DNA of 64,000 nt from Fistulifera solaris (taxonomy: Eukaryota): assembly GCA_030295235.1 (NCBI GenBank), contig AP026150.1:124001-188000 (forward strand), in the 5' to 3' direction. This document shows positions 21,606 to 34,406 of this stretch, in pieces. Both the position numbers and the translations under genes were made by a program. Below the pieces are notes generated by a model. The model had not been told where the DNA came from and made no database searches. It saw only the letters and a program-made list of their open reading frames with translations. The first letter of the stretch is position 1, and each line of letters opens with the position of its first letter.

Positions 21606-24600
21606 ATGCGGCAATCGTGTCTATCGTTGTCATCCTTTGTATTAGCCCTCGGCTGCTTGCTTCACTTCGTAAGCTCCGAGGTGCAAACCAATACAGGAGA
21701 AGTCGCTTTGGCGCAACAACAACTAATTTTTCTACAAAACGCTTGCCCACGAGAACTTCTCTGTCCTGGGGGAACCCGACGGCGACCGAACTTTACCTTA
21801 TGCCATCCGACGCGAAATCAAGAAATTTGCTCAGCCTTCTCGATGATCCGAAGAAACATGGGATATCGATGCGGAAAGTGTCCTCCGACGCCGCAGTGCT
21901 CCCCCTCAAAATGGCGTCGTTGCCGTGTCGACACTTCCCGAAATAGCTGGACGCCGACAAATCAGTTTGAATGCCGTTCCTCATTTGTGTATCTTGTGGA
22001 AAGTCACCAACCGCAGCCGGCAACCTGTCGCGCGTTCGTATCAAGGCTTCGACTGGGAATTGTACGGACCGGACGCCAGCTCCAACTCGGTGACGTGTGT
22101 TTCCGGCAACTGTACCATCGCGATGCCACCGACTGCCGACAATGTTCGATACGAACTGCTTACCGTGGTGGCTCGTCATGAGGATACTCCTGCGCGTTTT
22201 TTAGAACAAGCTACCTTTGGAGCTACACGGAGTGACTTATCTTCCTTCCCTGGCAACTATACACGATGGTTAAGGACTCAAATCGACAATGTGCCTCCTT
22301 CGTATCATCGTGAGTACTATCGCCGTCGCTTGAATCATCGTTTTGAACACGCCTCTCCGCAAGGAATCGTCACGCATCCGTGTCAGGTCGGCACGCGGTA
22401 CCGGCGGTACGCCTTCAGCGACAAAGATCGAAACGATCAGTTGCAAATAAGGACCGTCGGAAGCAACAAAGTATTCTTGGTAGACGGTCAGATTCGTACG
22501 GTACTTCCTGCGGAAACTACTGCAACTCTTTGGGATGAAGCCAACCGAGCGATTGCGGATGGAGTCTACACGATGTGCCGCAAAATTGACAACTACATCG
22601 GCACTGCATGGAAAATAATACATCGAGGGTCATGTACCGATGTCTTTCATACATCGCCTTCGCAAAACACTGCCGCAAATAAGAGAGTCTTGGGCGTGCC
22701 ACCCGTCTTTTTTACAAGCAATATTCCGCCTGATTTGCCAGTGTTGTCGTTGGATGGGAATGTTGTCGAATGGGATAACTTTTTGTACGCTGCGACTGAT
22801 CGACCGCAGGAATTGATGGTAGTGAAGCAAATGAATCAGCCCGTCTGTTCGAGCATCCCCGAGACAGTCACCCGCGATGTTGAAACAGTCGTCGGAATTT
22901 ACAAAGGCCGATATTATCTGCACGACAGTCGCTTTGTTCTCGAAGAAAATACTTTGCAAGCACCGTATGCGGACGGTGGCAGTACGCTTGTTCAACAATC
23001 CTTGTCGCAAACAGATGATGAACGATTTCATGTGTCCTGTGGCAATGTGGCTCCCACGATCGATAATGAACAATTCTGCCGAATGGTTCCGGTCGGACAA
23101 TTGGCAAACAACGTTTGCACTTCAGGCGACACTATCTCGACCGAAAGCATCACTTTGACTCAGGAAACTTTGGAAGAAGTCTATATGGCCGGAGGGCGTT
23201 ATTTGTATGTCGTGACGGGATTGCGTCAAGATGAGTTTTTGTTGCATTATCCTCCGTGCTCTCCTGGCACAACATCGCGGTGGCTCAAACTGCAAACATG
23301 CCCGACCACGACGACTCCACTGCAAAGCGATACGACTACCGTGTTGCGACAGCTGTTAACCAGCAGCACCGATGGGCATCCCTTTCTGAAAGATGTTCTG
23401 TTTCCTACTCTAGGATCAGTGTGCCATGCAAATGATCGGAATACGTACGACATGGTGGTTCGATTGACAAACGGCGAATGCTGGCAAAATATTCATCCTT
23501 CCAATTACCAAGTGTATGATTTCACCGATTGGGTGACAAATCATCCGGGAGGACCTGCTGCCATTGAGCAATTTTTGACGGAAAGCTTTACCCTGTTCTA
23601 CCCGAGCAACCACGAAATGATGCGATGGAATGAAAACTCACCCGTCCATTTAGTGGAAATAGGACGCTATATGGATACGATTGATGTTCAAGAAGGCAGT
23701 CCAGTGGCAGATTCGCTCTCGACGTTACTACTTCAAGACGATTTGGAAGGCTCCACTCTGCTTTGCGGTAGTCCATCGGAAGTTGCCAACGACCTCACGT
23801 TAGGCGGGAGCATGTATCGAGGAGCCTTCGACGCGCTGACAAATTACAATCGCACCACCCTCTTTGAAGACTTCGAACGTCAGCGAACGAGTGTATGGTT
23901 GGAGATGGCTCTACGCGCACCTGATACGCTCAGACAAAAGGTCGCATGGATCTTGTCACAAATTCTCGTTGTTAGTTCAGACGCGATCGAAACGTTCTAT
24001 CATACTGAACAGTTTCTTCATTACTATGACATATTTGTGAGGAACGCGTTAGGTAACTATCGAGATGTCTTAAAACAAGTGACATATAGTCCCCTGATGG
24101 GAGAAATGCTTAGGTGAGTGAGACTCGAGGTGTGGGTGCCACTACCCTTTAATAGTAGGGTCGCCTTCCGTTAGTTGCACCCCACGCCGCTGTGGGACAA
24201 ACTTCATCTCACTTATCAGCTAACATCTTGTTTCTGTCTTCGCAATGTTAGCTACCAAAATGGCCATTCTACGCAGTATGTATGGCAAACCAAACGGAGA
24301 GTGGAATATGCCGATGAGAACTTTGCTCGAGAGCTGGCCCAGCTGTTTAGCACCGGAATCGTGCCTTTGCGCTTAGACGGTAGTGTTGTACCAACTGGTT
24401 CAACGACGTATACCAATGACGATATAATGGAATATGCAAGGCTTTTTACAGGTCTGGTCCGTCAACGCCGTCGGGGGAATATAGAAGACTGGGTACAAGA
24501 AGGACGCAACCAGATCGACCCCATGCGAATCAATGTCCATGTGAAAGATATTTACCCCAAAATGGGTTTAGAGGGAAAGTACATTGGTGATGGTATTCCA

Positions 24601-27600
24601 CAATGTGTCGATTTGCCACCTCAGCACCACCTTCAGAAAGGCGCTACATATCGGTTGCTCGGAACCACGCCTAGTCCACGGTTGCTGCATCAACCTGCTT
24701 CGTGGTCGAACGATCACTCTGTCTCTAGAATACGACTGAGCCGTTCATCTCCTCTTTTTACGGCTTTGTGTCAAGTTGGTGCCAACTCATCTTGCTCATA
24801 TCCTGCCGTTGTGGTCTTGCAGCAAACGTTGCCATGCCGCGGCGAAAACTACTGTAACATTGTCCCTCGCATTCTGGAAGTCGATGCTGGCATTTATTAT
24901 GAGTACACACAGCCCACTTGCGTGCAAATGGCATTTTACAATAACGGTGTCGTGCAAATGTCCTTGTCATCAACCCATTGCGCCGATCCCCAAATGACAA
25001 ATGGCGCCGCTGCATGCTGCCGCGCTGGGAGCGATGCTGTCGACTGGAGTCGCTCTAGATTCGCGGGAGAACTACTCACACGTGATACTGCACGACAGCT
25101 TTGCCGAAATGCCGGACTCGATCTGTGCACTCGACCAAAATGCACTTGTGCTTTCAAAGAGAACAAAGTGTGCGATGACACTCTGGGATACTGGACGAAT
25201 ACTCCCTGTAGAGGATTAGCTGCGAAGATTGATGTTGAGGGTCGTGTAGCCATCGTGCACCGTACCCTTGACAATGCAGATATCTATCATTCCGTAATGG
25301 ACGACACCAAGACATTTTTCCGGGTAGACTGGAATCGGCAAGATTTTGTGAGCTCATATGCAAGCACTTGCACCCAAGCTGGTTGTGTTCGGGAATCCTC
25401 AGATAATATGTGCGTGTGTCCGGTGACTGTTGAGGAACGTGCAGTCTTTCCAGACCCCGTGAACAATCCACCCAGTAAAAATGATATTCTCGACAAACTC
25501 AAGATTGGTGCGTTTTCTCCAACGTCAGCCAAAGTTACCCTGGCAAATGGCGTCAGTTGGTATCCCAGCGAAAAGGTATTTGAATACGACGATTATACGG
25601 GTCGAAAACATTATCGAAAAAACTTGGAATCCCGTGTTAAGGTAGGAAGCAGTACCTTATGGTTTCGCAATCCTCCCCATTTCATGTCATTGACATTACC
25701 TGAAAAACGTGATGCTGTTTATGAATTGGAGGCTGGCTTGGATCATTTCTTTGTAAGTCTAATCGCTTTATCCTTGTCATAGCCCTTCGCTTGCAGCTAA
25801 CTCTCTTTGGAACACGAACTGCATGCACAGTATCATCCAAACACTGCACCATTCTTAGCTCTTCGTTTTTTGCAGCGCTTCGGCTTTTCCAACCCATCAC
25901 CCCGCTTCATCGAGTCAGTAGCCAAAGCATTTATTGCGGGTCGCTATACTGCTAGTGATGGTACTGTCTTTGGTAGCGGCTCATACGGCGACTTGAGCGC
26001 AATGGTGACATCCATCTTGTTAGATCAAGAGATTCGATCTCCAGTCTTGGACTATGACCCGACGTTCGGCTCCGTACTTGAACCCTTCGGGAAGTTCGTC
26101 AAAATTCTGCGAGCGCTAGAATGGCAAGCCGATCGAGATGATCCACATATTCGTCTCCGGGCTGATCTCCAAGACTGGATCGGACAAGAAGCTCATAGAC
26201 TGCCCAGCGTGTTTTCCTTTTTTCTTCCCGAGTATTCGCCACCCGGTCCCTTGGGGAATGCAGGAATGGTGTGCCCCGAATGTCAAGTATTGACGGGGCC
26301 GAAATCATTGGCTTTGATGAATGGATTGGCCAGTTTGATCAAGTATGGACTTGATTCTGCGTACGGCGGATTCGGCTTTGGACGTGGTGGAGATGAACAT
26401 CGTCGATCTCTAGGAAACTTTGATCAATATGCAACTGGCCGCTTAACATACGCTCCATCGACAGGTATGACGTCCGCAAACATTGTCGAGGAACTGTCAG
26501 CCTTATTAACAGCGGGGCGACTATGGAAAGAAAAGGGTCAAGAACTAGTTCAAATATATGATGAACTCATGGCCAAAACCAGTTCCCGACAAAAAGTGTT
26601 ATTTTGCTTCAGCAAATAATGATTTCTACACCAGAATTTCAAACCAATACAGTTTCTCGCCGCACCGCTAACAATGGCCGATCGGACGACGCACGAGCTC
26701 TTTCTTCTTCATCAGACTACAAGGCCGTGATTTACATACAATTGAACGGCGGATGTGATTCCTTCAACTTGTTGGTACCAAGTCAATGCTCAGGCAAAAA
26801 TGCCGCGGGTATTCCTGTCCACACGCAATATGATGAAGAGCGGGGTATGTTAGCCTTGAATGCAAGAGAGCGTTCCTTAAAAATCCAAGTGAATGCAACA
26901 AAAATGCAAAGTGGCCACAGCCCTGCAGCGAGTTTGTAATCCATGATGAAATGCGTCTGTTGAGACAGTTGTATCAAAGCGGCGAATTAATCTTTTGGCA
27001 AACACGGGGATGCTAGACTCAAGAAGCACGACACCATCTAATTACCGTTCTACACGCATGCAACTATTCGCACACAACGCCATGATCCGCGAAAATCAGG
27101 CCGTTGATCCTCGAGCACAAGCTACTGGATCTGGTGTGCTTGGACGATTGGCATCACGGCTGTCATCAAAAGGTCTATCCACGAACTCAATTTCAATTGA
27201 CAATCCTTCTCTTGTTACGGAGCCTCGACGTGGTCAAGTTCCTGCACCTTTGGTAATTAGTCGGAACGGGATTTCGATCTTGGATCGAAAGCCGTCTGGC
27301 GAAGCATCTATCAATGTGACCCAATACATGGAATCAGTCAATCGTTATAATCTGGACGAATACAACTCGTACTTTGCCCAAACCTGGTCGCAGCAGCTAT
27401 TGGATGGTGCTCGACAAGCAGTGGAATGGAAGGACTATTTGGACAGAGTAACACTCGGGAGCCATTGGCCTAGTTTATTGCCAGATTACGGCCTAAAATT
27501 CGCTGTTACGTCTAAAGTCATTGCAAGCCGAGTAGAACGCAAAGTGAACCGCGATTTTTTCTTTGTGGATTGGACTGGGTGGGACCACCACGCTGACATG

Positions 27601-28053
27601 AAAGAACGCATCCGTCCTATGTTTCGCGATCTTAATGAGGGATTGAGATGGCTAGTAGATGAATTAAAGCTGCAAGGCGCCTGGGAGGATGTAGCTATTG
27701 TAATTAGCTCCGATTTCGGTAGAACAATAACGGGCAATAGCGGACAAGGATCGGATCACTCGTGGGGCGGTAATTACTGGATTATGGGAGGTGACATTGA
27801 TGGTGGCAAGATTGTGGGCCGTTACCCGGATGATTTGACTCGTGATGGTCCGTTAAATATTGGTCGCGGTCGACTTATTCCGACGACGAGTTGGGACGCG
27901 TTGTGGAATGGGGTAGCGGAATGGATGGGTGCAACTTCTCCGGAAGACTTAGACTTTTGCCTTCCCAACCGCAATTCCGTAGACGGAGGCACTTCAAATG
28001 AATTTACCCCATTGTTAAGAGCGACCGACTTGTTCCATACTGCAGCGGCTTGA
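21606..28053 (+). CDS. Very large secreted DUF1800-DUF1501 fusion protein with a cytochrome-b5-like insert
   Basis: Signal peptide. DUF1800 motifs ARFLEQATFG, LRQKVAWILSQILVVS, GNYRDVLKQVTYSPLMG, DENFARE..QLF, HPNTAPF, PSVFSFF. DUF1501 motifs LNGGCDSFNLLVP, GWDHH, SDFGRT, GSDHSWGG. Frame-preserving introns 24114-24251 and 25753-25830; homopolymer frameshifts near 21903, 26593, 26902 and 26994. Confidence 0.85.
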
Positions 28054-28369
28054 TGAAGCTCTCGGTCACGGGTTCCGCTCGTCAGCCTGCCAAAAATTTC
28101 ATAGATTTAAGCATAACGAATTGAGAGTAAGGAAATATTAAGCTTTTTGCGGATCCTATGAGGCTTTAGTACGTCGAACTTCAGTCGACAATGATAAATG
28201 ATTACCCAAAACGCTCCGCTCAGCGTATCCGTTTTACTAAGGTTCTTGCAGAATGCACCCATTTTCGGTACCAACATGGTATTGGCAGTACATCATTAAT
28301 CATAGCAGACAAAAAGATGACAGTGATCTTTAAAGGCTATTGCTGGATGATGGGCTGCATTTTTATGAA

Positions 28370-29115
28370 ACGCTTTCGTCCACAAACATTCACGGACACC
28401 GAACTCTCAAAAGACGAATTCCGTGACAGTCTACGAATTCGCCGGGACTCCCAATTCTTGATCTCCCCAAGAAGTGTGATGGATGCAATAAACCGTTTAC
28501 TGTCGGAACATGCACAACAATGCAAAAACGGTGGACTTGTTATCCAGAGACACGACGATCTGAAAGCAGAATTCATGTCTCTTTGCACGCAAGCCTTTGG
28601 ACCCAAATCTGTTTGCAATGAGCCTACCATTCACACATTTGGCAACAGCAACAACAGTACACAGGTTCAAGAACTTCGAGGGAGATGTTTCAGCCTATGG
28701 CTTTTGGAATGAGAGACGAACGACCATTTTCGATGTCCGAGTTACTGACACCGACGCACCGTCATACAGAAACCCTGACCCGATTAAGGTTCTGGCTTCT
28801 CAAGAGCGTGAAAAGCGTAGCATGTACGGACCCCCTTGCCATGAACGCAGACGAGACTTCACTCCCCTGGTCTTTTCCATTGACGGAATGATGGGACAAC
28901 AGGCTATTTCAGCATCGAGACAGCTTGCAAGAAAACTTCAGCGGAAGTGGAACAAGCCATACTCCGAGATCTGTGGCTTCATCCGGGCGCGCATGAGTCT
29001 TTCCCTGGTCAGGTCAGTTAGTATGCTTCTGCGAAATCCAAGAGAAGGAATGCCAAAACGGAATCCCCCCTCATTGGGAAACGGGTTCGGGACTGGCCCT
29101 CTACTAGCGCACTAA
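28370..29115 (+). mobile_element. 5'-truncated non-LTR retrotransposon fragment with CCHC finger and restriction-like endonuclease (CRE-like)
   Basis: ELSKDEFRDSL; frameshifted CDGC..HAQQCKNGG..RHD; RGD..GFW..IFDVRVTDTDAPSY..EREK..FTPLVFSIDG. No RT domain is present. Confidence 0.8.
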
Positions 29116-29657
29116 GGCTAGAGAGTTAGAACCAAAGCTTACTCAGAGAAGTGTCAGACTGAAATATATGTGAATGAAAAATGGAAAATTCAGTCGAATG
29201 TCAAGATTAGATTCTGACGATTAAAGAATTAGGAATAATAGAAGATGGTTGAACCTCTTTAGCTACTGCCTCGTCTTTAGCTTCATTATGCCTTACCTCG
29301 TACTGTACTTCTTTCTTGTTCCGTGACAGGATTTTCAACGCTCCGCAAGTAACTCTGACAACGGAATTGAAGAAAATCTAAATGCGGTATTGCACAATAA
29401 AATATATATGACTCCACTGTAGATCACCCCAACGATGTTTTATATATACAGTAAAAATTCAACGGAAGAAGTACAATGTTCATTCAGACTAACTAATTGC
29501 GACAAATGTGGATAGCGCAGCGCGCCGAGACTTCCATTTTCTGCGTTTCTCTCAAATTATTAGCGATCGCTTTCACAAAATTTGGATATCATTCTATTTC
29601 TACAGTCGCCACAACAAGAAGTCTCTTTATCTCAGCGCAACAAGACCAGCTGGAGCA

Positions 29658-30899
29658 ATGGAGATTAACGAAGCAAATCTATTGAAGCTGAAGCAAGCGA
29701 CAGGAGCGCTTAATGCACCGCCACTACGTGCGTCATCACGTCGGTCTTCCTATTCTTCATATTGGATGCCCACGTTTTCGGACGACGAAGACGACAAAAA
29801 GTCTAGCAACAAGAACTCGTGGAAGTCGCAAAAACAGAAGGATCTTACTTTGGGCGAATGGAACACCAAGGGCAGTTTTCGAAGTGCAAAGGATAGCATT
29901 CGCGGAAGTGAAAGATTCGATGGGCCTGAAAACATCCGACCACAACGCTCCTTTGGCAACGAGCCTGAGAATGACGAAGATCAGACCGTTCTCACCAAGA
30001 GCAGTCGTCCGACAACAATTCACATTCCCAAAGACGCGCTTCGAGAACATATGAATGACACGGCTACGTATCACACCAAAAAGACAATCGCATCTGGTAA
30101 ATCGTCAAATTCAAAACTGTCCAAAAACTCGAAGACGTCGAAAACATCCCAGACGTCTCATCAGATGTCCAAAGCTTCAACCAGCTACTCAAAGTCGGCA
30201 TCGACGCAGCAGATTGCGCTTTTCGGTGCCAACACGAAGACAGGGCACTGCTTTCTGCGCTTGGCACTCGACGCGGGCTACAGGGTCCGCACCATGGATG
30301 CGACCGACATTTCGCAACCATCTTTGCGTAAATGCAAGACAATACAACACACTCTGCGTAATGCTACGTTTGTGGTGTGTTTTTGCCCCGACGTTCTTCC
30401 AAAGCTCTATCCTTTGATGAAGAAAGAGGAGGGAATTCAGGTATTGCTGTACCAGGTGAGTCCCATAAGTTGCATTTTGAGTTGAAGTCGATCAAATATG
30501 TCACTCACACCTTTCGTTTAAGGCTTCCTCACTTTGCACGGATGTAAGCGGTGATATTCCTGTTCTTGCTAAGGTGCTGAATGCCGTGTCGCAAGTTCGC
30601 CGAAGAAAAGATCTGCACAACGATGCCGTGAACTTCATTGGCCGAGAGCATGGAATCTTAGCTACCTCGCAAGAGGATGGAGATGATTGTGAAGAAAAGC
30701 CCCGCATTTTTCCTTCATTGTTACCCGTCCGACCGTTTTGCTCCGAGATGGTCCTTCATCACGCAAATTGGCACCCTCTAAGTCCCAACCCGGCCCTTTG
30801 CCTATTTCCTATGTTGACCTGGCCGAGTTTAGTCTGAATGCATTGAGAAACGAGAAGCTCTACAACACTTGCCCTTACGTTGTTGCCGATAGCTTCTGA
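29658..30899 (+). CDS. Protein with a low-complexity N-terminus and a C-terminal NAD(P)-binding (flavin reductase/BLVRB-like) domain
   Basis: IALFGANTKTGHCFLRLALDAGYRVR. Intron 30456-30522. After a frameshift near 30710 it reads FIVTRP..ISYVDLAEF..LYNTCPYV, stop at 30897-30899. Confidence 0.6.
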
Positions 30900-31097
30900 G
30901 ATAAGAATACTTTATACCCTAAGCGCCACCGCCTCATCTCGTATTCACTCTCCACCAAATACATTCTCCATATTACGACTATACCACCGCAGCGAAAGAG
31001 CATCATTAATATACACACATATGCTCAATACTAATATGAGTTTATCAAAGCTACGACTTTTTCATATCATTACATCTTTCACAAATACGAGCGTTGA

Positions 31098-31937
31098 TTA
31101 CGTGCATGTCACGCTGACACCTTTCGACGGTTTGGTGGCAGCAATTTGAACATTGACAATTGTTCCGACGGACTGTGATACTTTGCAGCTCTCCTCCACA
31201 GACCCTGCTTGATTCGCAAAGCACGTCTCCGTGGACGGCTGTGGAGGCACATTTCCAACATCACCAAACGCCACCCACAAGGATAAGTCTCCTCCCGTGA
31301 CACCGGCTGTCTTGCACTCCACTTCCTGGCCGCTTTTCACCGCAATACAATAGTTCTTGATCTCTCCAAAGGCCAGGTCGAACGTGTCACTAGCAACTCC
31401 TTTTTCCAAAGTGTCGCCGCTGCAAGCCGTGCTACCATCCTGAACACACATGATTTGGACACGGTTGGCCTCACTATCGGAACTGGCCACGTTAGCGACA
31501 ATGGTATCGGTCGTCGAGGTGACCACACAAGCAATGCGACCGTTTCTCTGATTGGCGACACATAGTTCCGTGCCTTCGGCGTCTTTGATGGACAGGGTCA
31601 ATTTGCCCAAATTGTTCCGACTCGTGACGGCACATTGTACGATGGCTTCCGGTTCCGAATCGGTGTTGCCTTCCAACAATCCGCTCAAACAAAAGTTTTG
31701 AGAAGTTCCCGGCTTCAAATCTAAACGACGGCTGCTAATGACACCGTCTTGCAATTGAATGCCTCCGAATTCGACGCATTTCTCGGCTCTCCTCCCGCCA
31801 TCACACAGGTCTATTCGGGAAATCAAGGAAAAAATCTGCAGATTACGGGGTTCCTCGACGACTTCGCCGGTGCTGCTTCGTACCAAGAAGATGCTTGCCG
31901 TGACGGCGGTGATGAAGATAGAAAGAATACGATGCAT
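31098..31937 (-). CDS. Secreted protein with two tandem pre-peptidase C-terminal (PPC)-like beta domains
   Basis: Signal peptide, then two repeats of DL..G...N(F/Y)C..V.C..G.L.L..C..C..V.V..V..C; GGDLSLWVAFG..P..C..EESC matches the PPC pattern. Confidence 0.6.
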   Translation of the reverse strand: MHRILSIFITAVTASIFLVRSSTGEVVEEPRNLQIFSLISRIDLCDGGRRAEKCVEFGGIQLQDGVISSRRLDLKPGTSQNFCLSGLLEGNTDSEPEAIVQCAVTSRNNLGKLTLSIKDAEGTELCVANQRNGRIACVVTSTTDTIVANVASSDSEANRVQIMCVQDGSTACSGDTLEKGVASDTFDLAFGEIKNYCIAVKSGQEVECKTAGVTGGDLSLWVAFGDVGNVPPQPSTETCFANQAGSVEESCKVSQSVGTIVNVQIAATKPSKGVSVTCT

Positions 31938-32408
31938 ATTGTTGTGACGTTAGGAAATAAAAAGGTCAATGGAGGAGTTTATTGCCGTATTTCATTCAAG
32001 TTTTCGAAATGTCGAGCCGACGAAGAAGAAGCCCTTTTCACTTTTGCGCTCGCTCTTTTTCTCAACGGCTTATCTCACAATGCCCAATGTACAACAATTA
32101 TCGAAAAGAATGTTACTATAAGCGAGAAAGTAGGACAGTGCAAGAAACACTTCAAGCATTACTTCACCAGTTATATCTTGGTCATTTTGAGGGTCATTAC
32201 CAGTTTACAGTTTGTTGTAGTGTGCCGTTGCACATAATTGGTTAACCTCAACCATACATAATCTAATTGTTGCTTGAATGTGGCTTTTTCGCTCACGCGA
32301 TCGAGATGTTTATGTTTCAGTGCTTCCAAGATAACACAACAACATACACAGCACGCAATAATAGTCCTTTCTGTCTCTTTGCATTGCATTTAATAATATG
32401 ATTCGACG

Positions 32409-33572
32409 ATGAATCTCTTTTCAATTTGTCGGCATTCGTTGTTTCTTTCTATCTGCCTTTTGTTGTGGAATGGGACCGCACAGTCGCAAAATGCCACTCA
32501 GAAAACCACCACCTGGCCTATGCCTCGGTTCACCTTAAAGTTTATTGCCATTGATGATGCCTTGAATCTGACCGAAACTGAATTATACCTAAAATCAACA
32601 TTAGAAGTTCATCTACAAAATGATTTGATGAAATTCAAAGACTTGGCGGCGTTGTGGGAATTGGTCGAACTGGCGTTGCAAATGCCGTCGCTCGATCGTC
32701 AGTTCCTGGGGAATGAATCGGGCATCCCCGTTTCGCTGTTGCGAACCGATTGGAGTGGTTCCATGCTGATGACACTAAAAAATGACACTATTGACAATGA
32801 GTTGTTGTCGGAAACCGATCGCACAGATCAGGCGCGGTGGACCGAAAGTGTTTACATGGCGTTGCAGGGCGAATCCTTGTTTGAACTGCTGCGCATCTGG
32901 GGCAATCATCCCGTCTTGCAAAATGTCATTGCCAAAGTACAAGTGGAAGACTCGGATGCCAAAGTATTAGACGAAGCGAACATTGCCGATGCCTTTCCTC
33001 CGCCCCCACCTCCTCCGAAGAAACGCTTGTTTACCAAGCAAAGCATTATTATGACAGTCATTATTATGGCCGTCATGGCGACAATCATATTACTTTGCTG
33101 GCTGTGTAAGAAACGAAGGGCAAAGAAATTAGAGGAGAAGCAACGTCTCGAACGCCGAGAAAAGTGGAATAAATTGAAAGAACGCCGCGATCGGGAACGC
33201 GCCGAAAAGAAAGCGAAGGAACTGGCGCAACAACAACCCGGTACGGAAGAATGGATGGATGAAATGACCAAGTCTTTAACCAGTATTCCTGTACGAGATA
33301 CTTCGCATTTATCGAAACAGAGTTCGATGGGGAAACTGAATCGGCAATCGAGTTTGCATCGATCCGGAGATTTCTTACAAGGAAGTATGGATAGTTTATA
33401 CGCTATACCGGAATCGGAAGAGAGCTCCTCGCAATTCACAACGCCCATGACGAGTCCCATGACGAGCCCACGGAAACGACCCGTACTACGATTTGATGAA
33501 GAAGATTTCAGCGTCGATGAAGGAGACGAGGATGAAGATGACTCTATATCCGCGAACGCCATGTATATGTAA
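32409..33572 (+). CDS. Hypothetical type I membrane protein
   Basis: 387-aa ORF: signal peptide, poly-Pro, hydrophobic SIIMTVIIMAVMATIILLCWL followed by basic residues, then a charged tail. Confidence 0.7.
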   Translation: MNLFSICRHSLFLSICLLLWNGTAQSQNATQKTTTWPMPRFTLKFIAIDDALNLTETELYLKSTLEVHLQNDLMKFKDLAALWELVELALQMPSLDRQFLGNESGIPVSLLRTDWSGSMLMTLKNDTIDNELLSETDRTDQARWTESVYMALQGESLFELLRIWGNHPVLQNVIAKVQVEDSDAKVLDEANIADAFPPPPPPPKKRLFTKQSIIMTVIIMAVMATIILLCWLCKKRRAKKLEEKQRLERREKWNKLKERRDRERAEKKAKELAQQQPGTEEWMDEMTKSLTSIPVRDTSHLSKQSSMGKLNRQSSLHRSGDFLQGSMDSLYAIPESEESSSQFTTPMTSPMTSPRKRPVLRFDEEDFSVDEGDEDEDDSISANAMYM

Positions 33573-33718
33573 TGAATCCGATTTAGAAATGTAATACGTC
33601 AAATAGTAATTCTAAATTTTCCATCAAGATGAGAATTGCTTAGCCCATTAACTTGGCTTAAAATGTGAAGATGTGTCTTCATTCAAAAGAAAGAACGCTC
33701 TTCTACCGGTTGCTGGTT

Positions 33719-34015
33719 TTAGGCATCCAGTCCTTCGGCTTCCCACAAATCTTGTAAGATATCCACCATTTGTGGTAAAGGCACCGGTTGTGGGAAGAAT
33801 CGTGGCTCTGCCATTTGTGTATGAGTGAATATCACGTCAATGATTTCATCTACATTCAAAGAAGTCGCTTGTCGTTGTGGCTGTTGCTCGGCGGTTTTCT
33901 TATGGCACCATTGTTGTCGATTGCTTTCCCATAATAATAACCCTTTATTTTGAAAGCGATTTCTCTCCTCTTGGTCGTTACTCTGAATGCTACTAGGACT
34001 TGCTGGTGAAGACAT
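33719..34015 (-). CDS. DUF4050 (Gag1-like clamp) family small protein
   Basis: NKGLLLWESNRQQW and FPQPVPLPQMVDILQDLWEAEGL. Confidence 0.75.
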   Translation of the reverse strand: MSSPASPSSIQSNDQEERNRFQNKGLLLWESNRQQWCHKKTAEQQPQRQATSLNVDEIIDVIFTHTQMAEPRFFPQPVPLPQMVDILQDLWEAEGLDA

Positions 34016-34406
34016 GATTAGTAAAGTTTATAGAACGACTGTGAAATAAACCAATATTTCTCTCATCAGTTCTGAACATAAACGAGAAAGGTCATCTCGC
34101 GTGTGTGACAGCCGAGAGGTCGACGGGACAGTGTGACAGAGCGTTGAAAAAGAGAAGTACGCTCCTGCATTTCTATCGCGAGTCCGCGTTTTCAAAACGT
34201 CTATGCGTGGTACAGTCATCAATAGTACCGGTGCGCTTCAAGTCCCTTTCGTACGCTTATTGTTTTTGCTTTTTATCGCATCTACCAGGTACCATGGCCT
34301 TCAAAAAAATGACAGGCGATACACTCAACAGAACGTAAACGTAGTCCACGTATAAAAGCAAGGTTTCAATCTTCTTGTTGGTCGTCCCTCTTATAACGGC
34401 GAAAGA

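Noticed and set aside
32906..33562. 218-aa minus-strand ORF (similar cases at 60373-61194 and 58521-59147)
   Set aside because: Antisense to better-supported genes, with no independent motifs.
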